From: Macrostomum hystrix
Lineage: Eukaryota > Animalia > Platyhelminthes
Length of the DNA stretch: 64,000 nucleotides
Direction of reading: 5' to 3'
Assembly: GCA_950097015.1 (NCBI GenBank)
Contig: CATNEN010000001.1
Coordinates: 10,044,001 to 10,108,000, forward strand
Shown: one piece after another, positions 1-12,388 of the stretch
Position numbering within the stretch: the stretch's first letter is position 1
Layout of the letters: each line of letters starts with the position of its first letter
Position numbers and translations under genes: made by a program
Notes under the pieces: generated by a model
What the model was told of the DNA's origin: nothing
Seen by the model: the letters and a program-made list of their open reading frames with translations, nothing else
Database searches by the model: none

Positions 1-48
1 GCCAGAACCTACTTGGTTTGATGATTGAACAGCTGAAACTAGCCTTGC

Positions 49-992
49 AGAGATGAGACAGGGGGAGATGAGACACGGAAGAGATGAGACACAGGAGAGA
101 TGAGACACTGGAGAGATGAGACAGGGGAGAGATGAGACACTGGAGAGATGAGACACAGGAGAGATGAGACACTGGAGAGATGAGACAGGGGAGAGATGAG
201 ACACGGGAGAGATGACGCACGGCATAGATGACACACGGCATAGATGAGACACGGCAGAGATGAGACACGGCAGAGATGAGACAGGGGAGAGATGAGACAC
301 GAGAGAGAGATGAGACAGGGGAGAGATGAGACACGGGAGAGATGAGACAGGGGAGAGATGAGACAGGGGAGAGATGAGACAGGGGAGAGATGATCGACAG
401 GGGAGAGATGAGACAGGGGAGAGATGATCGACAGGGAAGAGATGAGACAGGGGAGAGATGATCGACAGGGGAGAGATGAGACAGGGGAGAGATGAGACAG
501 GGGAGAGATGAGACAGGGGAGAGATGAGACAGGGGAGAGATGAGACAGGGGAGAGATGATCGACAGGGGAGAGATGAGACAGGGGAGAGATGATCGACAG
601 GGGAGAGATGAGACAGGGGAGAGATGAGACACAGGAGAGATGAGACAGGGGAGAGATGAGACAGGGGAGAGATGAGACAGGGGAGAGATGAGACACAGGA
701 GAGATGAGACAGGGGAGAGATGAGACAGGGGAGAGATGAGACAGGGGAGAGATGAGACAGGGGAGAGATGAGACAGGGGAGAGATGATCGACAGGGGAGA
801 GATGAGACAGGGGAGAGATGATCGACAGGGGAGAGATGAGACAGGGGAGAGATGAGACAGGGGAGAGATGAGACAGGGGAGAGATGAGACAGGGGAGAGA
901 TGAGACAGGGGAGAGATGAGACAGGGGAGAGATGAGACACAGGAGAGATGAGACAGGGGAGAGATGAGACAGGGGAGAGATGAGACAGGGGA
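49..992. repeat. 16-bp minisatellite (GAGATGAGACAGGGGA)n with 18-bp GAGATGATCGACAGGGGA variants
   Basis: Tandem repetition is directly visible. ORF 39..632 is only its translation. Confidence 0.97.
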
Positions 993-1360
993 GCATATTT
1001 AAGCATATTTAAAAGACATTTCTTATGGAGACGGACTAATGCACTTGTCCACTTACATGAGCAGCTGATATCCAGAACAGAGCGCTGATAACTAAGACAG
1101 AGTATTGAAAGGAGAGGGCCCGCATTCTTGTGGCTTATCCGGGTTAATTTGCAAGCCGAAAATGGTTTTAGTTCAGCTCATCGATTATGCTCTGTGCAGC
1201 CCGCAGATCCTATATACACTAGATGGTTCACTCAATGCTTAATTTTGTTCTGTCTATGGTTGGAATCGAACTTAGCTAATCTTAGAAATTATGTATGCTA
1301 TATAGTGTACGAGCGTATGTAGGATCTACGAGCGTATGGGTGGTGCGTTAATGTTAAACC

Positions 1361-1408
1361 CAAGGACAACTTAATAACTTAATAACATGATTTATTAAGT
1401 TGTCCTTG
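1361..1408. mobile_element. 48-bp MITE with P-element-like termini
   Basis: Perfect 17-bp TIR CAAGGACAACTTAATAA / TTATTAAGTTGTCCTTG. 8-bp direct repeat GTTAAACC at 1353-1360 and 1409-1416 (TSD). Confidence 0.85.
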
Positions 1409-1877
1409 GTTAAACCTAAATTACTAATGAACTCATCCATATGAAATCCATACTTTTCAAGCTATAAGTAGCATCATCAGATTTTATAGTACTTGTTTAT
1501 AGTAACACACTAAAAGTGGGGAACGAACCTCGCGCTGGCAGACCGAGACCGGTTTCTGGCTTGTTTGCCTTCGTCATTCAACCATAGCCACACGCCGTCC
1601 TCTCTCACCACTCTTAGTATGCACAGAAGTCTTTTTTAAGCTTTCCATTTTATGGCGATACTTTTTTAGTGTTATGTGAGAGTTTTGCAGTCAAATCTTT
1701 GCTTTTCTACTGTTGTCAGTAGTCTGAATTGTATCTCTCAAAGTACTGAAATAGAACACAAAGCAGTAGCAACAGGATACATAATAAACACCAACGTCAC
1801 ACCTCTTCTAACCTGGCATCTTGCCAACACAAGTCAGTATCGTCTTGAAATACAAGCGTAGGAGCGATGATGCGTTA

Positions 1878-2010
1878 TATGGGATATGGACATTGGGATG
1901 TCAACAGTGGGATAGAAACTGTGTGATAGAAACAGTGGGATGTGGACAGTGGGATATGGACAGTGGGATATGGACAGTGGGATGTGGACAGTGGGATATG
2001 GACAGTGGGA
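1878..2010. repeat. 14-bp tandem repeat (GTGGGAT(G/A)TGGACA)n
   Basis: Visible repeat units, degenerate at the left end. Confidence 0.85.
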
Positions 2011-3271
2011 AATAAAGTTTAATAGGGATAGTGAGATAAGGACAGTGTAGTAGGGGCAGAGTAATATGGACTCATCTACTCATTCCCATCCCACTCTTAT
2101 TTATGCGCGATAGAAATTGTCAGTACGATGTACTTGAGAAGAGCGATGTTCGTTCAAGGGGAAATAACTAAATGATCGAATTTTGATTCGGACCGTCTCT
2201 TAATACTTCGCGTCTTCTACACTAACGCAGTTTATTTTTGTTTCGTGGAATGAAACGAGCAGCCAATCCCCAGGCATGGGCACAGACTACGCCTGTCGCA
2301 TAGGCGGGCTCACCTCACGCGATTATTCTGTGGGCTGGTGGGCCTGGCTCACCATGATGCGAGGTCGCCTAGGCTGGACCAGCTCTCATGGGTTCCGTAC
2401 ATTCATGTATTGGGGCAAGACATTGTTGCCAAGATATAATCTCTGGGGTTTGGTCTTCTCTGGGGTTTTAGAAGCACTGTTGTTTCGTTTTCGGCGAACT
2501 CTGGAAAGAACCAAAAAAAGAATCGAACTCGAGAAGATACGCTCGTACAATACTAAGCGAGCGAGGTGGCCGTTGCCTACGCTATGAAAAAACAAGGTCA
2601 TGAAACTGATACAAAAAAATGATAGCGTCGTTGATCGATAAGCAGATTGTCATTTGATTATGGCATTTGATAATTTTCATTTTGGGTCATGAAGTTATGC
2701 ATCCCCTTATTTCCCTTACCAAGCTGGGTAAAAGCAAAAAGTTAACGAATAGCTCATAAAAAATAAATAAAAAATATATGGAAATCAAAATAAATTGAAG
2801 ATAACTGAACTAAGCAACACTGACTGAGATTTCTCAGGTGTCTGTTGCTGCTGTCTCTCTACAACTTAACATTTAAACAAATAAATTAATTTTCACGTAT
2901 CAACGTAATGGTGAAAAAACCACTCAGTACGATTCCTTTTATCGATAAATCACCACCTTTAATTGATGACATCGAGGTAACAATAATATAGGAAATATCG
3001 TACTAAAGCAATAAAATATGCATTGTTAGAGAAGCATATAGAGCGGCAATATTTTACTTCCGTTCGTTAAATTATTTTTTCTTTTGAAAATAACAGCTGA
3101 CGACAAATAAACGTGTTTAACGGTGTTTAAAGGTAAAGACGGTCAGGAGTGTGGTCAGTAATTATGAAATGGTTAAATTACTGCACATTTTTACATTGTG
3201 CAAATATATAATAGCATGCGCACCCGATATGCAACCGTCTAGCCCTTATACGGCGCGTAAAAATGGGGGCG

Positions 3272-3327
3272 ACTAGACTGCGGCTGCGGCACGCACGTCG
3301 TTCAGCCGTGCCGTAACTCAGTCTAGT
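3272..3327 (+). mobile_element. Helitron-like 3' terminus (hairpin followed by CTAG/T); related copy at 4486-4536
   Basis: CGGCACG...CGTGCCG hairpin about 10 nt before CTAGT. The second copy has CAGCATGG...CCATGCTG then CTAGT and shares downstream sequence. Confidence 0.5.
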
Positions 3328-4369
3328 AGTGTTTTTCTGTGCTTTGCTCTACGAAACTAAATTTCTGAAATGTATCATGTACGTCTATCGTAAATTGTAT
3401 TAAATTAGTAATTCTAAAGAGAGCTCTCTAGAAAATATTGAAAACAGGACGAAACAATTTTCATGAAAATATTGCCAAGGGGCAAGGGGGCCATGGCCCC
3501 CTCAGAAGCAAGATGAAGTTGCCGAATGCATTGACTGGGTATAGACTCAAATGACTCAAATAGTTGGTGAGGCAACTTGAGCAACTTGAGCCGATAAGGT
3601 CTTGACTTGAGCCAACAGTCAATTTTAGACCATAGACATACATATGCCACGTCATGCCAACTCGTCCGTTGCATTACTGGGCTTTTGGCACCATTTTGAA
3701 ATTGAAAAATAATATAACGAACGGAACTCCACCATAGCCGTTATTTGCTGTCCCTTGAATTTTAGGTAATGATCCAGAGATTTTAACATCATAGAATCTT
3801 TACTTTAAACTTTAAAAATAATTTTTTTATTTTGAAAGTCCCTTTTTTCAAAGATGTAAATTAATAAATTAAATTTATCAATTTTGTTCCAGTTCCAGCT
3901 ATGAAACTGTGGTTGGTTTTTACTTTTTTCTGACATAATAAAGAACTTGTGCTGCCAGTTTAATTTCTTTGAAATGGGTCCTTTTTTATTTTTTAGAAAA
4001 AAATGCTTGCCCTGATCTAGTGTCCACTCATTGTCCCCATTTATGTCCACTCACACCCTATACAGTGTTGTCTGTCCTTGCCTATTAACAATAATTGCAG
4101 GAGGGCTGCGGGCAATGGCACTTCATTTAGACATTTAGTGACACTAGACCCACAACCAGTGAGGAGGCAATTCTAACCATTTCACTGACTCCTGAGCACA
4201 CACACACACTGATACTTTACAAAGGCATATGCTCACATAGGTGTGTACATCTGCCCTGACTTTCTCATTGTCAAGCAGTGTACACTTCACTGTGCTTCGG
4301 AGGTTAGCCCACAAGGGCATAAATTGCACAAGCCCTCAAGCCTTCTCTCTGTGGCTGCACCCCAAATAA

Positions 4370-4446
4370 ATGTGGCCTCACCATGGAATTGAACTTAGGG
4401 ACCATGTTGTGAGAGGGGGAGACACATTAACCGCTCTTCCACTGAC
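4370..4446 (-). mobile_element. Possible degenerate tRNA-derived SINE head
   Basis: Plus strand GGAATTGAACTTAGGGACC...TAACCGCTCTTCCAC resembles the reverse complement of tRNA B/A boxes. Confidence 0.3.
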
Positions 4447-4888
4447 CCTCGTCTGTCCCTAATATAGCACATAAATATAGGGCAAACTAGACTACAGCAT
4501 GGCACACCATGTAGCCATGCTGTAACTCCATCTAGTAGTGTTTTTTCTGTGCTTTGCTCATTTAAATGCACTTACTATAATATAAAACAAAATTTCTTAA
4601 CTTTATGCCTATTGTAAATTGTATTAAAATTTAATATTTGTAGGGGCCTAGTTCAACAATTTATTATGATATACATGAATATTAGTAAATTGACATAACT
4701 GCAGCTTGTTTCTATTAAATTATAGGATGACCAGTGTTGCACAGTGGCCACCCCTTCTAAGGAGAGTTTTCTAGAAAAAATGCAAAGCAGTGACCAAACA
4801 ATTATTTTCAAAATATTGACTGCCTTTTTTCTGCCCTAAAATTTTTTATTGAAGTTTGCTATTAACTTTTTTTGCTATTTTGTGGTTA

Positions 4889-7800
4889 TGTTACAGGCCT
4901 CTGTCTATGTTCTTACTAAATTTTATTTCCAATAATGCGAATCCCACTGCTGTTACCAAAGTTGTCCTAGGGCTTCTCTCTATTCAATACAATGTCACCA
5001 AAGTTGTTGTAGGGCTGATTTAATCCTACCAAAGTTGTACTAATATTTAATATGCCACCAAAGTTGTTACAGGCTTCTACACTTTTTATTCACTTTATTC
5101 AAGTACTGTCTTTATGTCAATCTTATAAATATCTTTAATTATTTGCTTTATGTATTTCTTATCTCAATTCAAATTGGTAGCGTTTAGGTATTCAAATATG
5201 GTAGCGTTATGTATTCAATCTGGTAGCGTTTACAATATGGCCGGTATTTATCTCCTCTATTTGTTTACTTATAACTTTTTCTATATCAGTCTTTATTCAT
5301 CTTTATCCGTTTTTATCACTCTTCAATTACTCTTCAATTTCAGTCTTAAATTCAATCTTTAATCCAGTCTTTCATTCAGTCTTCAATTCAATCTTCAGTT
5401 CAGTCTTTCAGTCCGTCTTGGGCTTTCCAGTGGATCTAGAGTTACAGCTTTCTCTTCACTCTATTTACTTCTCTTTCGCAATGCCTCTTTTTCTCAAATA
5501 ACTTTAACACGAACACTTCAAATTCAAGCTTTCTTTATTATGAACTTCGTCAGGCACGAGGTTATTTTCTCTCCTCTTTTGCTCGTGTATTTATACTAGT
5601 TCTCTCCTCTTCACTTCATTATAACTTTTACGATTTGTGTGTTCTGTGCATTTAAACAAAATTCGGTGCATTAAAACAATTCAGTGTATTAAAACAAAAT
5701 TTAAAACATTTTCTAAGAAATGTACGTAACGTGTAAAAATGAAACATAACCCTACATCAACTGACCTCCCTTAAAGTCAGATTTGAATGCACGTACTGTA
5801 AGTGAAAATATGACTATATACACAAAAATTGAACTATAGGTGAACATATCGGCACGAAATATACAAAAATACAAAAATATGGTACTAACAAAACAACATA
5901 AACCTTCACCAAAAAGAAATTAAGTCCATAAATGTCCTTCACTTTCATTTAAAATGCGCATGGGGCAGGTAACACTCGATAGTAAGGCCAGCCGATTTGA
6001 CAGAAGGCCCATCTAAATTCCATGTTAGTCACCTTTCGATGTAGAGTCGCTGTCTGTTTCTTCTTGTTCTGACTCATTCGCTTCCTCTTGCCTTTCGCTT
6101 TCATTGTCAGGGATTGCTCTTTGTTCTGCATTGTTTTCGTCTTCGGATTCCTCATTTGGCATATTAGCTCTCCATCTAATTCTGTCTTCTTCTTCGGATT
6201 CGTCTTCTTCTTCATTAATGACAATTACATTTATTTATTTATTTAAGGTGGCCTGACCTCCCTTAACTTTTGACCGTGTGGTGTGACTAGCTTTGTGATC
6301 TCCCTTTCTTGTTTGTTCTGCGGATTGTAATGTGATCTGTGTGTTTGGCACTGGTGTAATGTTATTTCTATGCACAATTAATTTCTCTCCTACTCTTTCT
6401 CCTTCGATTTCTCTCTTTTAAATTCCAGCATATCCATCACCCTTGGGAATCTGACGTGCTTAATAGCTTGATTCCTTAAACGAGTGAATTTGGATAGCTA
6501 TCACAGAACAGTGATTCTTCTCGAAATTTCTTCTTCTCTCATTTTCTCAACTTTTGGGGAATCTCTAGATCTCAGGAGCAGACTAGATTAACTGTCTCCA
6601 CTTTTTATCTTTCTCTCTCCCCTTTCTCAAATTTGAGGCATCTCTAGATCTCAGGAGCAGACTAAATTAACTGTCTCCACTGTTGATCTCTTTTCTCCAC
6701 TTCCTTCTTGGAAATGTTCTCTTTTTGCTTGAGCCTTCAATGAGGCTAGACAGCACAATTGACATTCCAACTTTTTACTTCTTTGCATTCGGTAGCTGGG
6801 TCAGACCGTCTGGCTGGCCAATTAAGCGTACCTCCTGCACAACTTCTCGCAACTCTTCTCATCAATTCTCAACTCTTTCTCAAAGTCAAGTGATTATTCC
6901 ACTTTTTCACTTTCAATTGCTCACTTTTACTGCATCACTGCATATGTGTATATGTGTGTGTGTTTGTGTTTCTGTGATGTATTTGTTCTCCCAATCAGGC
7001 ACCTTATTTTTTGTATTTCTTTTTATTATTTTTATTGTCTTTTTACGCAATTTATATACAAAGCATTTTTATACACTATTTACAGATTCTGTTTTGTCTT
7101 TCAAAGTTATTGTCTTCACTTATTCTCGGAGCGTCTCAAGACGACTCTGCACACATGGTAACCTGGTCTTTTGTCCTCTTGTTCTTTGCTGATTCAGCTT
7201 TTTATTTCTGTTGATGTTCCGGGTGTGCCACACAGGTAGCACCTGTTAAACATGTGGAAGTTGTCATTCATTATGGTCTCGTGATTCCTTCTTCCTCTTC
7301 CAGCTGATCTCTTCTCATTTGCCTGCTGTCCTTCAAACAATGAGGGATGAGCTGGCTGCTGGTTCAACATGACCATCATAATCACGACTAGGAGTAACAT
7401 GCTTGTGAAGTCTGATAATTTGCGCTGTTTCTAGATCCTTTACCGCTGCCACCAAAGTTGTTACAGGCCTCTGTCTATGTTCTTACTAAATTTTATTTCC
7501 AATAATGCGAATCCCACTGCTGTTACCAAAGTTGTCCTAGGGCTTCTCTCTATTCAATACAATATCACCAAAGTTGTTGTAGGGCTGATTTAATCCTACC
7601 AAAGTTGTACTAATATTTAATATGCCACCAAAGTTGTTACAGGCTTCTACACTTTTTATTCACTTTATTCAAGTACTGTCCTTATGTCAATCTTATAAAT
7701 ATCTTTAATTATTCGCTTTATGTATTTCTTATCTCAATTCAAATTGGTAGCGTTTAGGTATTCAAATATGGTAGCGTTATGTATTCAATCTGGTAGCGTT

Positions 7801-8329
7801 TACAATATGGCCGGTATTTATCTCCTCTATTTGTTTACTTATAACTTTTTCTATATCAGTCTTTATTCATCTTTATCCGTTTTTATCACTCTTCAATTAC
7901 TCTTCAATTTCAGTCTTAAATTCAATCTTTAATCCAGTCTTTCATTCAGTCTTCAATTCAATCTTCAGTTCAGTCTTTCAGTCCGTCTTGGGCTTTCCAG
8001 TGGATCTAGAGTTACAGCTTTCTCTTCACTCTATTTACTTCTCTTTCGCAATGCCTCTTTTTCTCAAATAACTTTAACACGAACACTTCAAATTCAAGCT
8101 TTCTTTATTATGAACTTCGTCAGGCACGAGGTTATTTTCTCTCCTCTTTTGCTCGTGTATTTATACTAGTTCTCTCCTCTTCACTTCATTATAACTTTTA
8201 CGATTTGTGTGTTCTGTGCATTTAAACAAAATTCGGTGCATTAAAACAATTCAGTGTATTAAAACAAAATTTAAAACATTTTCTAAGAAATGTACGTAAC
8301 GTGTAAAAATGAAACATAACCCTACATCA
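4889..8329 (-). mobile_element. Non-autonomous LTR retrotransposon: 871-bp LTRs (4889-5759, 7459-8329), about 1.7-kb internal region with decayed gag remnant
   Basis: Near-identical TG...CA LTRs; GTTA TSD (4885-4888, 8330-8333); PBS TGGTGGCAGCGGT; PPT TTAAGGGAGGTCAG beside the 3' LTR; CYLCGTPG zinc-knuckle remnant in ORF 7194..7400; no RT or integrase. Confidence 0.92.
7442..7454 (-). promoter_or_regulatory. Primer-binding site (tRNA-Leu-like)
   Basis: Plus strand ACCGCTGCCACCA matches the typical tRNA-Leu 3' end, 4 nt from the LTR edge. Confidence 0.8.
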
Positions 8330-9238
8330 GTTAATTTTTATTGTTAATCAACTCAAATTTTGCCTAGGTTTTTTGTGCAAAATGGATGCAAATGTCACAA
8401 AAAAATTGTAAATGGCATCCAAAATCTTTATCCTGATGTGAAAGTGGCATCCTGCTTATTCAACTACAGATATGGACTTTCCAATTTACTCGTGGGGAAA
8501 TTGGATGTTGTATTTTTAAATGGAGTTACGATACTAACTAGTGACTAGCTGCACGAATGGTAGACCACTTTTTAATGGGTTATGCAGATGGAAAAGTAAT
8601 AATTTTCCCACGTTGCGCACCCAATGCACATCAATTTAGGCTAGTTGTCAAGTGTGTGTGAGCATTTTTAGAGATATTGCAGAAATAATACAATTTGTTA
8701 TGACGTGGGGCAAAATTGGCACCATTTTAAATGCCATCTTCCATGGAAATCACATCACCGATGGTCAATGTGCGATCAGCACGTGAGAGCAAAACTTGGC
8801 AGACATGAATTATAAGCGCACATGGTGAAGAGCAAATTATTGATATTTCATGAATGCGAAAATTACAAAATTTACAAAGATTATCACAAGTGAACACTAA
8901 ACTGGGTACATAATAAACTGATTACCTAATAAATAGAATAATAACATCATCAGTTTAACATCGATGTTTATGGACTAGCGATATCAAAATATATATCTAT
9001 ACTAGCTTTTTTTGCCCGTTGTTTTTGGGGCAGAAATTTAAAGCAAAGCAGTAAGCAATTCACGTCTCTGTATTAACTTTATAGTGAAGGTCACCATTTA
9101 TTTATTTACTGCATTAGTGAAAAGTGAAGAGTTTGTTTAAGGGCATTTTAAGTAAAAAATAAGTGAAAAGTTTGTCCAAACAGCCCCCTCTTGATTACTT
9201 CTTTAGAAACATGTCTCTTAGCCACTCCTCTATACAGT

Positions 9239-9512
9239 CAGTGGCAGATCAAGGAATTTTGTTTTGGGGCGGTCTGTCAGGGGAGCGCCATGAGAATCAC
9301 AGAGAGGGTGCCAGCGGCCGAAAAAGGGCGCCAGGAGCCAAGAAAGGGCGCCAGCGGCTGAAAAACGGGAGCCAGCGGCTGAAAAAGGGGCGCCAGCGGC
9401 CGAAAAGGGGCGCCAGTGCTGCGACTGGTGCCCCTGGTGGGGGCATCTTATTCCCATGATTAAAATTTAGGGGGGCGACTGCCCCCCCGCCCCCCCCCTA
9501 AATCTGCCTCTG
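9239..9512. mobile_element. hAT-type MITE (274 bp)
   Basis: TIR CAGTGGCAGAT / ATCTGCCTCTG; 8-bp TSD TATACAGT (9231-9238, 9513-9520); internal ~21-bp GC-rich repeats. Confidence 0.85.
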
Positions 9513-9664
9513 TATACAGTATGCATGTACACGCGTATACATAAGGAAAATAGCCATGGCATAACAATAACAATGTCAAAGAAACAAAATTAAACTGTTT
9601 CAGAGTTCAAAGTTAGACAGGTCAAGGTCAATTCGTGACTACTTTTCTATTAATTGCTTGCGAG

Positions 9665-9898
9665 TCACCTCAAGGCCTGGGGATACACCACATTCTTTGT
9701 TCTTCCCCTTGGTGCGAAAATGAATAGGCCAGCTAGAGTTCCAACACGGGAGCAGGCGACATAAAGCTGCCCATGCGAGAAGCAAGGAGTCTCCAGGTTG
9801 ATGCCAGCCACCTTCAGCGACTGTCCCTGAGCCTTGTTAATAGTCATCGCAAAGCACACTCTCACAGGGAACTGCAGTCGCTTGAACTGAAATGGCAT
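9665..9898 (-). pseudogene. Helitron Pif1 helicase C-terminal fragment
   Basis: RLQFPVRVCFAMTINKAQGQSL...FSHGQLYVACSRV...TKNVVY is the canonical Helitron helicase end. Confidence 0.92.
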
Positions 9899-12388
9899 GA
9901 ACTGAAATGTTGATATACATTTCCATAGTTACTGATCATATTTTGAAATTCTACCTCTATGTATCAGTGCATAACATACTGTCTAATTTATACTCCTTTA
10001 TTGTGCTTCATTTGATCAGCATACTTGCAGTATTATGTGTTGCACATAGACTCTATAATTACAACTATATTCCAATTATTATCTGATCAATTGCATTATC
10101 TGATACATATCATTACTATATATATATAGATATATATATTGATATTGTATATATATCACATATAGCATTATTCCATATCCCATATTCCATATTGCATTGA
10201 TATCCCATATATATCATCACTATATATAGATATATATTTTGATATTGCTAGTCCATAAACGTCGAAGTTAAACTGATGATGTTATTATTCTATTTATTAG
10301 GTAATCAGTTTATTATGTACCCAGTTTAGCGTTCGCTTGTGATAATCTTTGTAAATTTTGTAATTTTCGCATTCATGAAATATCAATAATTTGCTCTTCA
10401 CCATGTGCGCTTATAATTCATGTCTGCCAAGTTTCGCTCTCACGTGCTGATTGCACGTTGACCATCGGTGACGCGATTTCCATGGAAGATGGCATTTAAA
10501 ATGGTGCCAATTTTGCCCCACGTCATAACAAATTGTATTATTTCTGCAATATCTCTAAAAATGCGCGCACACACTTGGCCTAATTTGATTCGCATTAGGT
10601 GCGCAACGTGGGAAAATTATTACTTTTCCATCCGCATAACCCATTAAAAAGTGGGCTACCATTCGTGCGGCTAGTGACTAGTTAGTGTTACGATGGAGTT
10701 TGGATGCCAAATTCCAATGGCATCAGGACTCTATGAATGGCATCCGGAATTTGAACCCCAATGCAGAAATGGTATCCAAATTAAAAAAACCCAGATGGTA
10801 GCTACCTCTTTCCCTAGCTAACTCTGTACTATAGACCTATCTATAAAAGTATGCTGATTACTACTATTACTAATAGCTAGTCTTATTTAGCCAGCACTCA
10901 CTTATCTAAATAAGCTGGCCAATATTTGTTGGCACAAAACTCTCTTTATGTTGTTTTAGTTGTAGTTGTAGTTTATATAGCAGTAAATCAGTACATGCAT
11001 TTAAAATTACTTACTCTATACCATAACAATTTGAATGATATTACTTAGTATATAATTGTATGTATATTATATTATATTATATTATATAAAATTATATTAC
11101 TATAATTTATATCTACTATTGTCTTTAAGGCTACAAGCATATGCCATATGTAATGTATAAATATATTAGTGTATACCACTAGCATGTTATAGGGTAATGT
11201 ATCATCAACTGAACAAGAATGTGCATTTTTTAACTTTGAACCTAAGGTACAGATTTTCTATTTAAGATATGATGATAAATCAAAAGCCAAGTTATAGTTA
11301 TATCTTTCTAACAGTTATATCTTTCTAAAAAAGTATCTGCTTTTGCTATTTCGTCAAATAGAAAAAAGTTATTAGTGTTTTTCATCTAAAACCGAACAAT
11401 GATTTTCACGTATCTTGAAACTAAACAGAATTTTATGTTCGGTTTTATAATTTTAGTGAGTGGTTTAATCTAGTGAATTATCATGAATTATGTCATTTGA
11501 AAGCATTTTTCATACTCTATAAATAAATACATTTATGGTAATTTAATTGGGAAGCAACCTCATACAATCTTAGTCGAAAGTATATGCTGAAAAAATGTTG
11601 TTCAAAAGTATGCTTTTGCAATAAAAATTTCTACTGAAACGTCCATATCTTTAAAGAAATATGATTTGGGTGGCCCACTGATTTGGAGTGGAGCGAGATT
11701 CGCAGTGAAGCAGATCACTTTAAGTTGATAAATAGCATACACTGAAGTTATTTCAATTGTTTCACCAATTGAAATAAAAAAACGAGCGGAGCGTGAGGAA
11801 CTGCATTACGATAGTTCCCCTGACAGCTATGACAGAAGTGACAGATCTTTCCCCATTTGGGAATGGGATGGACTCAATAATCTCATTAGCCACCTATCAT
11901 AAAGATTGCAAATAGTGCAAATAGGTTTAGAGTTGTGTATACATGGCCATAGTCATAGTCAGCGTTAATAGTCAAAGTCAGTGTCATTTTCATAGTAATT
12001 TAGTCATAGTCATAGACATAGACATCCAGCTATCCAGAGCCTTGGTCATCAGGTCGAATTGCAAGTCAGTCAGTCGGGCCTTATTAGCTGGTCGAAAGCA
12101 CTGTCTGAGAATCAGTTCAGAGTCCTGCTTAACACCGTGCAACTGTCGGGTGCTGTTTGTTCGGCTGACCATAGTGATGCTGCTGCTGCTGCTGATGAGT
12201 GCCTGTAGTTCGCGAGGAATGACGACTACAGTAGTTTCACCAATTGAAATAAATACGAGAGAAGTATGAGGAAGCCAAGGTAGTAATTCGTGAGTTAACT
12301 GAATTCATGGCGACCCGACCCCACATTCCATGAGCGCCTCAAAAGCTAAAATCCTGGACAGCGTTCAAAAGGAATAAAAATGCTCACT

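Larger units (their letters stand above)
9002..9900 (-). mobile_element. Helitron 3' fragment
   Basis: Hairpin plus CTAG end at about 9002 on the minus strand, downstream of a Pif1 C-terminal ORF. Confidence 0.75.
8533..10686. mobile_element. Foldback-type non-autonomous DNA transposon with about 470-bp TIRs
   Basis: 8533-~9001 is the reverse complement of ~10222-10686. 8-bp TSD GTTACGAT at 8525-8532 and 10687-10694. Confidence 0.85.

Noticed and set aside
39-632. 197-aa ORF
   Set aside because: Translation of the 16-bp minisatellite.
4955-5067. CRISPR array interpretation of the repeat-spacer pattern
   Set aside because: The repeat is only 11 bp, spacer lengths are irregular, the context is a eukaryotic LTR and there are no cas genes. 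Explained as LTR-end/PBS junction copies.
5150-7932. Identical 70-aa hydrophobic ORFs and other Phe/Leu-rich ORFs
   Set aside because: They arise from T-rich LTR and internal sequence; the identity reflects LTR duplication.
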